DNA of 64,000 nt from a virus (Duplodnaviria; Caudoviricetes). The notes beneath the pieces were generated by a model. The model saw nothing but the letters and a program-made list of their open reading frames with translations. It did not search any database and was not told the origin of the DNA. The stretch is taken from IMG/VR virus record IMGVR_UViG_3300025401_000012. The stretch is one strand, 5' to 3'. This document shows positions 36,825-47,068 of the stretch, one piece after another. The position numbers and the translations under genes were made by a program. The first letter of the stretch is position 1. Each line of letters opens with the position of its first letter.

Positions 36825-39032
36825 ATGCCATATTCTATTCCTTATACTGATACTACTAATCCAAATAAAGTACCAATTTTAGTTGCTGACGGTACAATTA
36901 ATACTACAACTAGTTTAAAATTTGTAGGGCAAGCATACCCTAGTTACGGTGAACCTATTGCAGAAGATCTACTGCACTTATTAGAAAATTTTGCAGCACC
37001 TACCAGTCCATCGAACCCAGTTCAAGGTCAACTGTGGTACGATACCAGCTCTAATATTTTAAAAGTATATGATGGAGTTAATTGGACAACAGCTGGAAGT
37101 TTAAAGAAAAGTGCTACAGCGCCTGCTGTAGCAAATAGTATTGCCGGCGATTTGTGGGCTAATACTAATACTAATCAATTATTTTTATTCACAGGTAGCA
37201 GTTGGGTTTTAGTTGGTCCTCAATATAGTGCTGGAACACAAACAGGACCGATTGTTGAAACAATAGTTGATACTAGTAATATTACTCATAATGTTGTGTC
37301 AATGTATGCTAATAATTATAGAATAGTTATTATTAGTAAAGAACAATTTATTCCTAAATCTACAATAACAGGATTTAGCACAATCTATCAAGGTATAAAT
37401 TTAAGTACAGTCGATTCTGCAACAACAACAAGTCTTAGTCGCTTTTGGGGAACAGCTAGTTCTGCAGATTCATTATTAATTAGTAATAAATCCATAGCTG
37501 CATCAAACTTCTTGAGATCAGACACGATCAGCACAACTAATTATTCAGTCAATATTAGAACAGATTCTGGTATAAACATTGGTTCTAATTTAGGATTAAC
37601 ATTAGGTATAGCCAGTGGATCTGCTGCATTGTATTCTAGTAATACCGGTGGGAATTTTAATATTAAATTAACTAATCTTGCAGGAGCATTGAATACTATT
37701 ATTCACGTAGATCCGTCAGGATTGGTAGGAATAGGTACTAACAATGTGTCTCCGGCTTCGGAATTAGATGTAGCTGGTACAGTGACAGTAGCAACTGGTA
37801 TTAATATAAAAGGAACAGCAGACGCATCGTATACTGTAGGCACATTATTTACAACATCTTCCGGCAGTATAACAACTCAAGGTGGTGCAGTTATTGCAAT
37901 GAGTGCAATAGTTGGTGATGATTTGACAGTTTATGGACAAGCTATTTTGAATAACCTTGATGGAACTAATACTCCAAGTGCAGGTGCAGTAATTGTTCCA
38001 AATTATTCAACAGATTCTACAGAAGCATCAACATTGAATATTCCACTAGTTACATCTGGACTATATGATATAGGTACAAGCACTAGACCTTTTAGGAATA
38101 TGTATGCTAATAATTTTTCAGGAAATTTTTCAGGAACATTTACTGGAATTTTAGAAGGAAGTGCTAGCGGTTCTGCAGCTTTTTTAACTAGCCCAACAGT
38201 TTTTAGTTTGACGGGAGATGTTTCAAGTAATTCTGTTAGTTTTAATGGACAATCGAGCACAGGAACAGCTGTCTTTACAACAACATTAGATCCTAATTTT
38301 ATTGCTAATAAACCAGCAGCAACTGATTCTTATACAACTGATACACTATTAGTTTATAGACCAGGGGTAGGTCTAGTAAGCATGGCGAAATCTGTATTGC
38401 ATAATCATTTGGCTGTAATTCCAATTGGAACAATACTGCCATTTGCAGGAATTTCTATACCATCTGGATATTTATTATGCGACGGATCGGAGATACTAAT
38501 CTCTACATATTCTCAATTGTACAGTGTTATTGGATATTCTTATAAAAATCCAAGTTATTTGCTAGGACAAGGCACATTTGCATTACCTGACCTACGTGGG
38601 CGTTTTCCGTTAGGTGCAGATAACATGAATAATTATAATACGGTTCCTAGTAAAACTGGAGGAACATCTATTACAACAACAACTGATTTAAATGGAAATC
38701 CTAGTACAGCAGCTCACCGTGTAAATGATGTATCGGCTACTAGCGTTGGTGCGGGAAATACTAGTGCAACTGGGTTTGTAACATTAGCATCTACGAATTT
38801 ACCACAGCATACTCATACTTTACAAAGTAATGCCGGTATTCAATACTATGCATCGAGTCCTCCAGGCAGTGCTGCAGATGGACAAGCTGTTAGTGGTTAT
38901 GGTATTACAGCCGGTAGTACTGGTGAAGGACTTCCTAACAGTGGTGGAGTAACTGGTGCAACCGGTGTAGCTGTTAATGTAATGAATCCTTATCAAACTA
39001 TCAATTACATAATCTTTACTGGTGCTATATAA
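36825..39032 (+). CDS. Tail fibre with C-terminal tail-collar domain (gp12-like)
   Basis: Shared fibre N-terminus (LLENFA...P..P..GQLWYD). Collar motif PIGTILPFAG..IPSGYLLCDG...LY.VIG..Y...FALPDLRGRFPLG. Confidence 0.85.
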   Translation: MPYSIPYTDTTNPNKVPILVADGTINTTTSLKFVGQAYPSYGEPIAEDLLHLLENFAAPTSPSNPVQGQLWYDTSSNILKVYDGVNWTTAGSLKKSATAPAVANSIAGDLWANTNTNQLFLFTGSSWVLVGPQYSAGTQTGPIVETIVDTSNITHNVVSMYANNYRIVIISKEQFIPKSTITGFSTIYQGINLSTVDSATTTSLSRFWGTASSADSLLISNKSIAASNFLRSDTISTTNYSVNIRTDSGINIGSNLGLTLGIASGSAALYSSNTGGNFNIKLTNLAGALNTIIHVDPSGLVGIGTNNVSPASELDVAGTVTVATGINIKGTADASYTVGTLFTTSSGSITTQGGAVIAMSAIVGDDLTVYGQAILNNLDGTNTPSAGAVIVPNYSTDSTEASTLNIPLVTSGLYDIGTSTRPFRNMYANNFSGNFSGTFTGILEGSASGSAAFLTSPTVFSLTGDVSSNSVSFNGQSSTGTAVFTTTLDPNFIANKPAATDSYTTDTLLVYRPGVGLVSMAKSVLHNHLAVIPIGTILPFAGISIPSGYLLCDGSEILISTYSQLYSVIGYSYKNPSYLLGQGTFALPDLRGRFPLGADNMNNYNTVPSKTGGTSITTTTDLNGNPSTAAHRVNDVSATSVGAGNTSATGFVTLASTNLPQHTHTLQSNAGIQYYASSPPGSAADGQAVSGYGITAGSTGEGLPNSGGVTGATGVAVNVMNPYQTINYIIFTGAI

Positions 39033-40930
39033 TGAGCTATACTATCAAACTTACCAATGGAAATACGTTAACAACTATTAATGATGGAACTGTTAACCAA
39101 ACATCTACTGATTTAACTTTAATCGGTAAAAATACTACTAGTTACGGTGCATTTTTTAATGATAATTTTGTTTGGTTATTAGAAAATTTTGCCAGCACTA
39201 GTCAGCCGAACTATCCATTAATTGGGCAACTATGGTACGACACAAATGAAAATCGTTTAAAAGTATATAACGGAAATAATTTTACTACAACTAGCGGAAC
39301 AATTGTATCATCGGTAGTACCTAGTAGTATCAGCAGTGGTGATTTGTGGATTAATAATTCAACAGGCCAGTTATATTTTAATGACGGATTGAACACTATT
39401 TTAACAGGTCCTGCATATACTACTACTCAAGGAACTAGCGGATTTGTAGTAGAGGATGTTATTGATATTGCCGGTGTAACCCATACAGTTGTAGTTTTAT
39501 ATGTTGCTCGTACTATTATTGGAATTTTTAGTAAAGATACATTTACTCCGGCAACAGCTATTCCAGGATTTACAAGTTCTGCACAAATTACAGCTAGCCA
39601 ATCTGGAAATATTTTAACGGTTACGGCAATATCTAACGGTAGTTTAAGTGTAGGACAGACTATTTCAGGTATTGGAGTAGTTCCAGGAACTACAATTACT
39701 AGTCAGCTTACGGGCAGTACAGGTAGTACAGGTACTTATACACTAAGTAATGCGTCAACTGTAGCATCGACTACAATGACAGCATCTAGTAATACTGTTA
39801 ATATTGGTTTTAATACTGGAACATATCCGGGAGTATTGTTTAATGCTGTGGCAACACAGGCACAATCGCTACTAGCAGCTGATGGAAGTTTAAAAACAGC
39901 TTCTAGTTTCCTATCAACAATATCAAATTCCACTACATCTGGACAAATTAGTATTCAAAATAACACACCTTTGATACTAGGTACCGGATCTAATATTAAA
40001 TTTAATATTGACAATAATAGTAATACTTTCCAGATTAACTCTAATACTACAAATTTAAATTTTGGTATTAATTTACAAACTGGTGGTACATTACAAAATA
40101 GTTTATATATAAATGCACAAAATCAATTTGTGGGAATTTATACATCAAGCCCAACTGCAACATTAGACGTTAATGGAAATACCGTAATTAGAGGTAATTT
40201 AACAGTTCAAGGTAACACTGAAACTATTAATAGTACTACAATTAATATTGCTGATAAAAATATTACACTTGGTGCTACATCGGTACCGACAGATATCACA
40301 GCTAGCGGCGGTGGAATAACATTATCTGGCACAACTACTAAATTTATAGATTGGGCAGCTACTGCTAGTTCAAGTTCTACAGCAAATAGCGGTTATTGGA
40401 ATTTATCGGATTTCGTTAATATTTCTACTTCCAATGGCGGTGCCGGATATTATATTAATGGCACTAGCGTATTGAGTACAACAGCACTGGGCACTGGCAT
40501 TACATCGGCTCCTGGGCTAACTAGTATTGGAGCATTAACAGGACTGCAAGCCGCGTATTTAAATATTGCAAATAGTACAGTATCGTATGTAAACTCTGGA
40601 TCAGCTAATGGTACAATATATTTGGTTGCTAAGGGATCTGGCACTGTCGATGTTGGTAGTACTAGGATTACAAATGTATCAACACCTTCCAACGCCACCG
40701 ATGCATCTAACAAAAGCTATGTAGATACAGCAGTATCTAGTATAAATTTAGGGTTAAGTTTGACTACAACAGGGTTAACTACAGCGCAAATTGCTACAAA
40801 TTTAATTAATAAGATTTTTCCAGTATCAGAGCACCAAAACGGCACAATACTTAGAATACAATGTAGCGATAGTACTATAAAACAGTACCAACTATTGGGC
40901 GGAGTTTGGACTTATCAAACTAATTTATAA
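39032..40930 (+). CDS. Tail fibre protein
   Basis: Same N-terminal module (TDLTLIGKN...WLLENFA...GQLWYD); Thr/Ser/Gly-rich shaft. Confidence 0.8.
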   Translation: MSYTIKLTNGNTLTTINDGTVNQTSTDLTLIGKNTTSYGAFFNDNFVWLLENFASTSQPNYPLIGQLWYDTNENRLKVYNGNNFTTTSGTIVSSVVPSSISSGDLWINNSTGQLYFNDGLNTILTGPAYTTTQGTSGFVVEDVIDIAGVTHTVVVLYVARTIIGIFSKDTFTPATAIPGFTSSAQITASQSGNILTVTAISNGSLSVGQTISGIGVVPGTTITSQLTGSTGSTGTYTLSNASTVASTTMTASSNTVNIGFNTGTYPGVLFNAVATQAQSLLAADGSLKTASSFLSTISNSTTSGQISIQNNTPLILGTGSNIKFNIDNNSNTFQINSNTTNLNFGINLQTGGTLQNSLYINAQNQFVGIYTSSPTATLDVNGNTVIRGNLTVQGNTETINSTTINIADKNITLGATSVPTDITASGGGITLSGTTTKFIDWAATASSSSTANSGYWNLSDFVNISTSNGGAGYYINGTSVLSTTALGTGITSAPGLTSIGALTGLQAAYLNIANSTVSYVNSGSANGTIYLVAKGSGTVDVGSTRITNVSTPSNATDASNKSYVDTAVSSINLGLSLTTTGLTTAQIATNLINKIFPVSEHQNGTILRIQCSDSTIKQYQLLGGVWTYQTNL

Positions 40931-40940
40931 GTTAAAATAG

Positions 40941-40948
40941 CATAAATA
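40941..40948 (+). promoter_or_regulatory. Late promoter
   Basis: CATAAATA 22 nt upstream of the ATG at 40971. Confidence 0.6.
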
Positions 40949-40970
40949 CTAGGAATAAGGAACGAGCGAG

Positions 40971-42473
40971 ATGTCATATACGATTAATCACTACAATGGT
41001 ACACTATTAACTACAGTTGCAGACGGTACTGTTGATACGTCTACGGATCTTACCTTAATTGGTAAGAATTATGCTGGATACGGACAGTCACAAAACGATA
41101 ATTTTGTATGGCTACTAGAAAATTTTGCAAATACAACACAACCGCCTAACCCGCTAAAAGGTCAAATTTGGTTTGATAGTGGAAATAGTAAATTAAAATT
41201 CTGGGATGGCAGTAAATTTAGAACAACCGGCGGTGCCGAAGTAGGATCAGTACAGCCGAGCGGATTAACTCAAGGCGATTTCTGGTTTGATACAGCAACT
41301 AATCAGTTGTTTGCGTATACTGGGTCAACATTCCAACTAATTGGACCACAGGGTGTTGCTGGCCAAGGTTTAACACAGATGCAATCTATCAGTGTTAAAG
41401 ATTTAGAAAACGGAGCAAACCACGCTGTTATACAAGCTGTTAATAATGGAAATGTAGTTTTTATTATTAGTTCAGATGGAGCATTTACATTAGACCCTTC
41501 GGTTAATGCTATTACAGGATTTGATAAGATTCAACAAGGTGTTACACTAGCTTATACAAAAAATGCCGATAACGGTGTTACAGAAAATAATGTTAACTAC
41601 AGATTTTGGGGCACAGCAACAAACTCAGATCGTTTAGGTGGTATACCTGCTTCTAATTTTTTACAAGCTGGTAATGCAACATTTTCACAAACTGTAAATT
41701 TTGCTGATGTAGGATATACAGTAGGTAGTCCAGTTAAATTACAGGTATTTAATAATTCGAATACTAGCTATCCAACTATTCAAAACATTTATAATGATAC
41801 AATTATTTTCCAAACATCTGTATCATCGATTACAAAAACTCCAATGACGTTAAAGGGTACCGATGTACTTCCAGGTGCAACTTTAACTAGTAATTTAGGA
41901 AGTTCTAGCTTGGTATGGAATAATGTTTATGCTACTAATTTTGTAGGTACTGCTACAAATGCAAATTATTTAAATTTAGGCGGACAGTTTGTAAGTGCAA
42001 CTACAGCAAGTTCAGCAACTAGTATTGTTGCTAGAGATAGCAATCAAAATATATATGCTAATACATTCTATGGAACAGCAACAAGTGCCAATTATGCCGA
42101 TTTAGCAGAAAAATATCTTCCTCCTCCAAACACAACTTTAGATGAAGGTACTGTTGTAAAAATAGGCGGTCCTGCAGAAATTTGTACAGCTACATATGGT
42201 GATAAAGCAATTGGTGCAATTAGTACTAACCCTGCTTTTAAAATGAATGAAAGTTTAAAAAATGGCGTGTATGTTGCGTTAAAAGGCCGCGTTCCAGTTA
42301 AAGTAATTGGCGGATGCTCAAAAGGAGATACGATGGCTCCATATGGCGACGGCTTGGCAGCTAGTATAAATGTCATGTTTAGTCCTGACGATAATCAGCC
42401 AATTTGCTTTGCTGTAGCTCTTGCAGATTGCACAAGTACAGATATCACTTTAGTAGAATGTGTAATTTTGTAA
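40971..42473 (+). CDS. Tail fibre with C-terminal YADLAE-type (chaperone/autoprocessing-like) domain
   Basis: Same N-terminal module; C-terminus YADLAEKY...GTVV.IGG..EI...VAL.GRVPVKV.G...KGD. Confidence 0.8.
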   Translation: MSYTINHYNGTLLTTVADGTVDTSTDLTLIGKNYAGYGQSQNDNFVWLLENFANTTQPPNPLKGQIWFDSGNSKLKFWDGSKFRTTGGAEVGSVQPSGLTQGDFWFDTATNQLFAYTGSTFQLIGPQGVAGQGLTQMQSISVKDLENGANHAVIQAVNNGNVVFIISSDGAFTLDPSVNAITGFDKIQQGVTLAYTKNADNGVTENNVNYRFWGTATNSDRLGGIPASNFLQAGNATFSQTVNFADVGYTVGSPVKLQVFNNSNTSYPTIQNIYNDTIIFQTSVSSITKTPMTLKGTDVLPGATLTSNLGSSSLVWNNVYATNFVGTATNANYLNLGGQFVSATTASSATSIVARDSNQNIYANTFYGTATSANYADLAEKYLPPPNTTLDEGTVVKIGGPAEICTATYGDKAIGAISTNPAFKMNESLKNGVYVALKGRVPVKVIGGCSKGDTMAPYGDGLAASINVMFSPDDNQPICFAVALADCTSTDITLVECVIL

Positions 42474-42511
42474 AACTAAATAAAGTTCAATAAAGTTTAA
42501 AAGGTTAAAAG

Positions 42512-43468
42512 ATGGCAAGTCAGGGATCAAAAATTTATGCAACTGATTATAATATTATTCAATCAGCAATCGCATCTGTGCTAGGTGTTGGTTCTGGCAC
42601 ATCTGGGTATGGGTTAACTAGCTCAACAACACCTGCTCTTAACAGTTCACAAATTATTGGAAATCCTACGATTACTACTACTCAATGGAGTAATTTACGA
42701 CAAGATTTAATTAACGCATATACACATCAAGGATCTCCAGGGTCTTTGACAATACCATCTGTTCCTACTAGATCAAATAAAGTTACAGCTAGCGATTATG
42801 CATTATATCTGGCTCTTAGTAATGCCTGCACATCTAATAAATTGGCAATTCCGCCAAGTCCACAAGCATCGGCAGTTACATTTTCGACTGGTACTAGAAC
42901 TACAGCATGGAATGGAACAATTACTCATACAGTTGTAATGACATTCTCTGATGCAAATCATGCTAGATACTATTTTAATGCCGGCGGATATATCACATTC
43001 CAAGCTAGTTTAATAAATTATCCAGGATATCCAGGATACGGCACTGCAGACGGCAGCTATACAAAAAATAGTGACTGGAACATGTTATTAAGTAACATGG
43101 GAACTACTACGTTTGGCTACAATAGTACTACCAATAGTGGAAACGGAACCGGCCAGACAATTTTGTCTAATGTAGGATATTATCAATTAACTACTAGCAG
43201 TCAAAATATCTATAGAAAAGTTACAAGTAGTTCGACATATACGCCAAACCAATATGACATTTATGCTTATGTCGATGGTACTGGTGCGGTATTGACATTT
43301 AGTATACAATTTCAAGATCTATCAACAGCCCATTCTGGAAATCCTTATTCCACTGATTGGAATGTAGAAGGTACTTTGACTAGCCTTGTCAAAGGATATT
43401 ATGCATCTGGATCATATGTGTCTGTAACTCCTCCTTCAATTAATAGTGCTAATCCTACAATAGGATAA
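42512..43468 (+). CDS. Virion structural protein (fibre-associated)
   Basis: Last gene of the late block, Ser/Thr/Gly-rich, F...AR.YFNAGG.I motif seen in phage structural proteins. Confidence 0.55.
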   Translation: MASQGSKIYATDYNIIQSAIASVLGVGSGTSGYGLTSSTTPALNSSQIIGNPTITTTQWSNLRQDLINAYTHQGSPGSLTIPSVPTRSNKVTASDYALYLALSNACTSNKLAIPPSPQASAVTFSTGTRTTAWNGTITHTVVMTFSDANHARYYFNAGGYITFQASLINYPGYPGYGTADGSYTKNSDWNMLLSNMGTTTFGYNSTTNSGNGTGQTILSNVGYYQLTTSSQNIYRKVTSSSTYTPNQYDIYAYVDGTGAVLTFSIQFQDLSTAHSGNPYSTDWNVEGTLTSLVKGYYASGSYVSVTPPSINSANPTIG

Positions 43469-43492
43469 TCAGGTTCTATATAACCTAAATCA

Positions 43493-43521
43493 TTGACAAG
43501 CTAACTACTGTACTGTATTAT
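43493..43521 (+). promoter_or_regulatory. Sigma70 promoter of the glycosyltransferase cassette
   Basis: TTGACA (43493-43498), 17 bp, TATTAT (43516-43521). Preceded by the small hairpin AGGTT-CTATAT-AACCT (43471-43486). Confidence 0.75.
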
Positions 43522-43541
43522 TGTACACTACGGAGTTTGTT

Positions 43542-43892
43542 ATGGATGAAAGAATAGAAAAAGCATTTGGTGTGGCTAACTTCATGGCCACACTATCAAA
43601 TCAAAAACGCATAATTTTAGAAGAATATAATCAACAATTGATACATTATATTAATGGTGCAACATTTCAAATTAGCACTGATCTTATAAGTTTTATTAAA
43701 ACATTAATCGATTTAGGAAATACAACAGATATTGTCCTAGTAGACAGTAATAATTTTCCTGTGCTAATAGAAGATTTAAATGTTTTTCTAAAAGACATAG
43801 TTGATGTGTACGTTTCAGCTACTAACACTTACGCTATACGTTTTAATGAAATTAAAACTAAGCGAAAAATTGCAGATATTGTTGATCTATGA
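43542..43892 (+). CDS. Hypothetical protein
   Basis: ATG at 43542 with a GGAG SD; translationally coupled to the next gene. Confidence 0.7.
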   Translation: MDERIEKAFGVANFMATLSNQKRIILEEYNQQLIHYINGATFQISTDLISFIKTLIDLGNTTDIVLVDSNNFPVLIEDLNVFLKDIVDVYVSATNTYAIRFNEIKTKRKIADIVDL

Positions 43893-44737
43893 GCTCTGGA
43901 ATTTTAATTTTTGCTCAAAATAATTCAGAAGTTGACTACATTAAACTAGCAGTGTTTTCTGCCAAACAAGCTCAAAAATATTTGAATTTACCTGTAAGTA
44001 TTGTTACAGATGGTCGTACATGGTTAGAAAGTAATTATCCAACACATCCGTTTGATCAAATAATTGAAGTTGACTATACTCCTATAGTACAGCGTAGGCG
44101 ATTTAATGACGGCTCTTTAAGTTCTAAAGATCTTGATTGGAGGAACTATGCTAGAAATCAAGCATATGATCTTACACCGTATGATCGCACATTGGTCATA
44201 GATAGTGATTATATCATAAACAGTAGTGTGTTAGCACCAGCATTTCAATTAGATTATGGTTTACAAATTTACTCATCGAGTATGGATCTAGCTAGTTGGA
44301 GATCGACTACTGAATTTGAAAGAATAAATCCTTATAGTATTCCGTTTTATTGGGCAACTGCATTTATCTTTGAAAAAAATCAATCAATGCAAAGTTTTTT
44401 TGATATAGTGGCTTATATTAAATCTAATTGGAATTATTTTAGAGTGTTATACAATATAGATACTTCTTTATATCGAAACGATTTTGCTTTCAGTATAGCT
44501 ATTCATATAATGAATGGCAACACAGACGGAAAATTTGCTATAGAACTACCGGGAAGTATGATCTATACAAAAGATAAAGATATACTTGTTGACATGCAAG
44601 ATGATGTTATGCATTTTTTATTAGAAAAAAAAGATTATCAAGGCGAATATATAGTTGCTAAGACACAAGGATTGGATGTACATGTTATGAACAAATTTAG
44701 TTTAAGTCGTTTTATCGATGGGGGTTCGGGTGTCTAA
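43889..44737 (+). CDS. GT-A glycosyltransferase (GT8-like)
   Basis: GILIFA.N...DY...A, then R..AYDLTPYDRTLVIDSDY (DxD motif) and RNDFAFSIA. Confidence 0.7.
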   Translation: MSSGILIFAQNNSEVDYIKLAVFSAKQAQKYLNLPVSIVTDGRTWLESNYPTHPFDQIIEVDYTPIVQRRRFNDGSLSSKDLDWRNYARNQAYDLTPYDRTLVIDSDYIINSSVLAPAFQLDYGLQIYSSSMDLASWRSTTEFERINPYSIPFYWATAFIFEKNQSMQSFFDIVAYIKSNWNYFRVLYNIDTSLYRNDFAFSIAIHIMNGNTDGKFAIELPGSMIYTKDKDILVDMQDDVMHFLLEKKDYQGEYIVAKTQGLDVHVMNKFSLSRFIDGGSGV

Positions 44738-45563
44738 AGGATTTCTTTTATTAGCACAAAATACTGACGATGTAGATTATATACGTCAAGCCTATGCATT
44801 AGCACTAAGTATTAAATCAACTCAGCGGATTACAACCAATGTTTCATTAGTTACCGATGACAATGTTCCTAAAGAATATATACATGCATTTGATAAAATT
44901 ATTCCTATACCGTTCGGGTCTGATACAACTTTATCTAAATACAGAACAGAAAATCGCTGGAAGGTATATTATGCAACTCCCTACGATGAAACTATTGTAC
45001 TAGATACCGATATGCTAGTGTTAGAAGACATTACTAGTTGGTGGAACTATTGTAGCAATTATGATATTAAATTTTGTAATAGTATTCAAAATTATAAAAT
45101 GGAAACTGTAGTTGATACAATACATCGTCGAGCATTTATAAGCAATAATCTTACCAGTCCATATTGTGCATTATATTATTTTAAAAAAAGCCAATACACT
45201 TATGAATTCTTTAAAGTATTAGAATTTGTTGTTAAAAATTGGGAATGGTGTTGGACTAAATTTGCCTCTGAAAATTATCAAAATTGGCTCAGCATGGATT
45301 TAGCTGTTGCTGTAACAATTGAAATAATGTGTGCTCAAGAACAAGTATTAGATAGTAATAATCCAATGAAATTTGTGCATATGAAAACACCATTGCAAAA
45401 TTGGAATGTGTCCACAGAAAGCTGGCAATCGAATGTCCTTAGTAATTTCAATGGAATACTTACTGTTGGTAATATTCGTCAACACAAAATATTTCACTAT
45501 ATAGAAAAAGATTTTTTATCTGACTACATAGTTGATAAATTGCAGGAGTTAAGTCGTGGCTAA
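44718..45563 (+). CDS. GT-A glycosyltransferase (GT8-like), paralog of the preceding gene
   Basis: GFLLLAQN..DVDY...A, ENRWKVYYATPYDETIVLDTDM (DxD), MDLA.AV, FVHMK. Confidence 0.7.
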   Translation: MGVRVSKGFLLLAQNTDDVDYIRQAYALALSIKSTQRITTNVSLVTDDNVPKEYIHAFDKIIPIPFGSDTTLSKYRTENRWKVYYATPYDETIVLDTDMLVLEDITSWWNYCSNYDIKFCNSIQNYKMETVVDTIHRRAFISNNLTSPYCALYYFKKSQYTYEFFKVLEFVVKNWEWCWTKFASENYQNWLSMDLAVAVTIEIMCAQEQVLDSNNPMKFVHMKTPLQNWNVSTESWQSNVLSNFNGILTVGNIRQHKIFHYIEKDFLSDYIVDKLQELSRG

Positions 45564-46170
45564 ACGTCAAAAAAAAATACAAAATAATTCTTTTCCTGAA
45601 CATAAATTTTATGTACACTATAATGATGATGGAACTATACTTTCTGTAAATAATTTTCGAAATGATGCATATAGTCTTGCAATTGAAATTACATTAGAAC
45701 AACATCATAGATTAGTTGCTGGATTAGAACAATTTACAGATTTTAGAGTTGGAACTATTATAGATGATAAAGGTAATCCGTCGATTGGACTTATACCGAC
45801 ACGTATTATAGAAGAACATAATTTTAAAAATCGATTATTAAAATGGATTGATAAAGATTGTCATGACTCAGATATAGATATTCATTGGGATGAGTTTAAT
45901 GATAGATGGATATTTGTAGCATCGGATGTATTTAGACAAAAATATTATGACAATAAATTGCCTATATCCGATTTAACATTGTTTTTAACATTGGGAAAAG
46001 ACCCTAACTTTTTAATTAAAACATTTAGTATAGATTTAAAAAAAATTACCTACGATAAAATTATAGTGCCATTTGAAACAAAATGGGAAAAAAATATAGA
46101 TGAAATTGCTATTACAACTAATCTAGCTAGTATTAATTACGCATTAAAAATTTGGAGAATACATGAGTAA
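45556..46170 (+). CDS. Hypothetical protein
   Basis: 204-aa ORF overlapping both neighbours in the operon. Confidence 0.7.
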   Translation: MAKRQKKIQNNSFPEHKFYVHYNDDGTILSVNNFRNDAYSLAIEITLEQHHRLVAGLEQFTDFRVGTIIDDKGNPSIGLIPTRIIEEHNFKNRLLKWIDKDCHDSDIDIHWDEFNDRWIFVASDVFRQKYYDNKLPISDLTLFLTLGKDPNFLIKTFSIDLKKITYDKIIVPFETKWEKNIDEIAITTNLASINYALKIWRIHE

Positions 46171-47068
46171 AATTAAGGTAATTGAACAGGACATTATATT
46201 TCTCAGTTATGATGAACCTAACGCCGAAAAAAATTATGCAGATCTATTAAGTAAAGTACCATGGGCAAAACGTGTGCATGGTGTTAAAGGCTCAGATGCA
46301 GCACATAAAGCCTGTGCAGCAAAATGCGAAACAGAATATTTTGTTACAGTTGATGGCGATAATATTATCGACCCTGCATTTTTAGAAGTTGAAATTGACT
46401 TAGATGAGCTTGGCTTGACTAAAGATTATGTTTTTAGTTGGTGCGGAAAAGTTCATGTTAATCATTTAATGTACGGTAATGGAGGCCTTAAAATGTGGAC
46501 GCCTGAGTTTGTTAATAACATGCGTACACATGAAAATTCAGATCCTAATGATACTAAGGGGCTTGTTGAATTTTGTTTTGATGAAAAATACTATCAGTTC
46601 AATGAAAATTATAGTGAAAGTTTTACCAACGCTAGTCCATTCCAAGCATGGCGTGCCGGCTTTAGAGAAGGTGTAAAGATGTCATTGGATCAAGGCGCTA
46701 AAGTAAAAGACCTTAAAAAAGTTTGGTGGCAAAATTACCATAGATTATTAGTATGGTGTAATATTGGAGCAGATGTTACAAATGGATTATGGAGTATATA
46801 CGGTGCCAGAGAAGGAGCTTATTTGACCAACTGTACTGATTGGGATTATAGCAATGTGCGCGATTTTGATTGGTTAACTGACCAGTGGGAGAACAAATAC
46901 AGCAAAGTTACAGATGACATGTTAAGACATGAAATATCTGGATTAGGAGAAACACTTAAACATGAATGTGGTTTGGAACTTTTTGATCCATGCAAAGACT
47001 CTAGTAGTTTTTTTAAAACTGTGTTTAACAATAGCCCTAGAATTGTAAGGAAAAAATATAATGTATGA
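46163..47068 (+). CDS. GT-A glycosyltransferase-like protein (GT2-like)
   Basis: IIFLSYDEP, VHGVKG..AAH.A.A....T.YF.TVDGDN (DxD), YGNGGLK.W, AWR.GFREGVK. Confidence 0.65.
   Translation: MSKIKVIEQDIIFLSYDEPNAEKNYADLLSKVPWAKRVHGVKGSDAAHKACAAKCETEYFVTVDGDNIIDPAFLEVEIDLDELGLTKDYVFSWCGKVHVNHLMYGNGGLKMWTPEFVNNMRTHENSDPNDTKGLVEFCFDEKYYQFNENYSESFTNASPFQAWRAGFREGVKMSLDQGAKVKDLKKVWWQNYHRLLVWCNIGADVTNGLWSIYGAREGAYLTNCTDWDYSNVRDFDWLTDQWENKYSKVTDDMLRHEISGLGETLKHECGLELFDPCKDSSSFFKTVFNNSPRIVRKKYNV

Noticed and set aside
45562-45580. A9 homopolymer at the start of the 204-aa ORF (and A/T runs at ~2190 and ~58490) as phase-variation sites
   Set aside because: The runs are short, encode Lys codons in an AT-rich genome, and the frames are intact.
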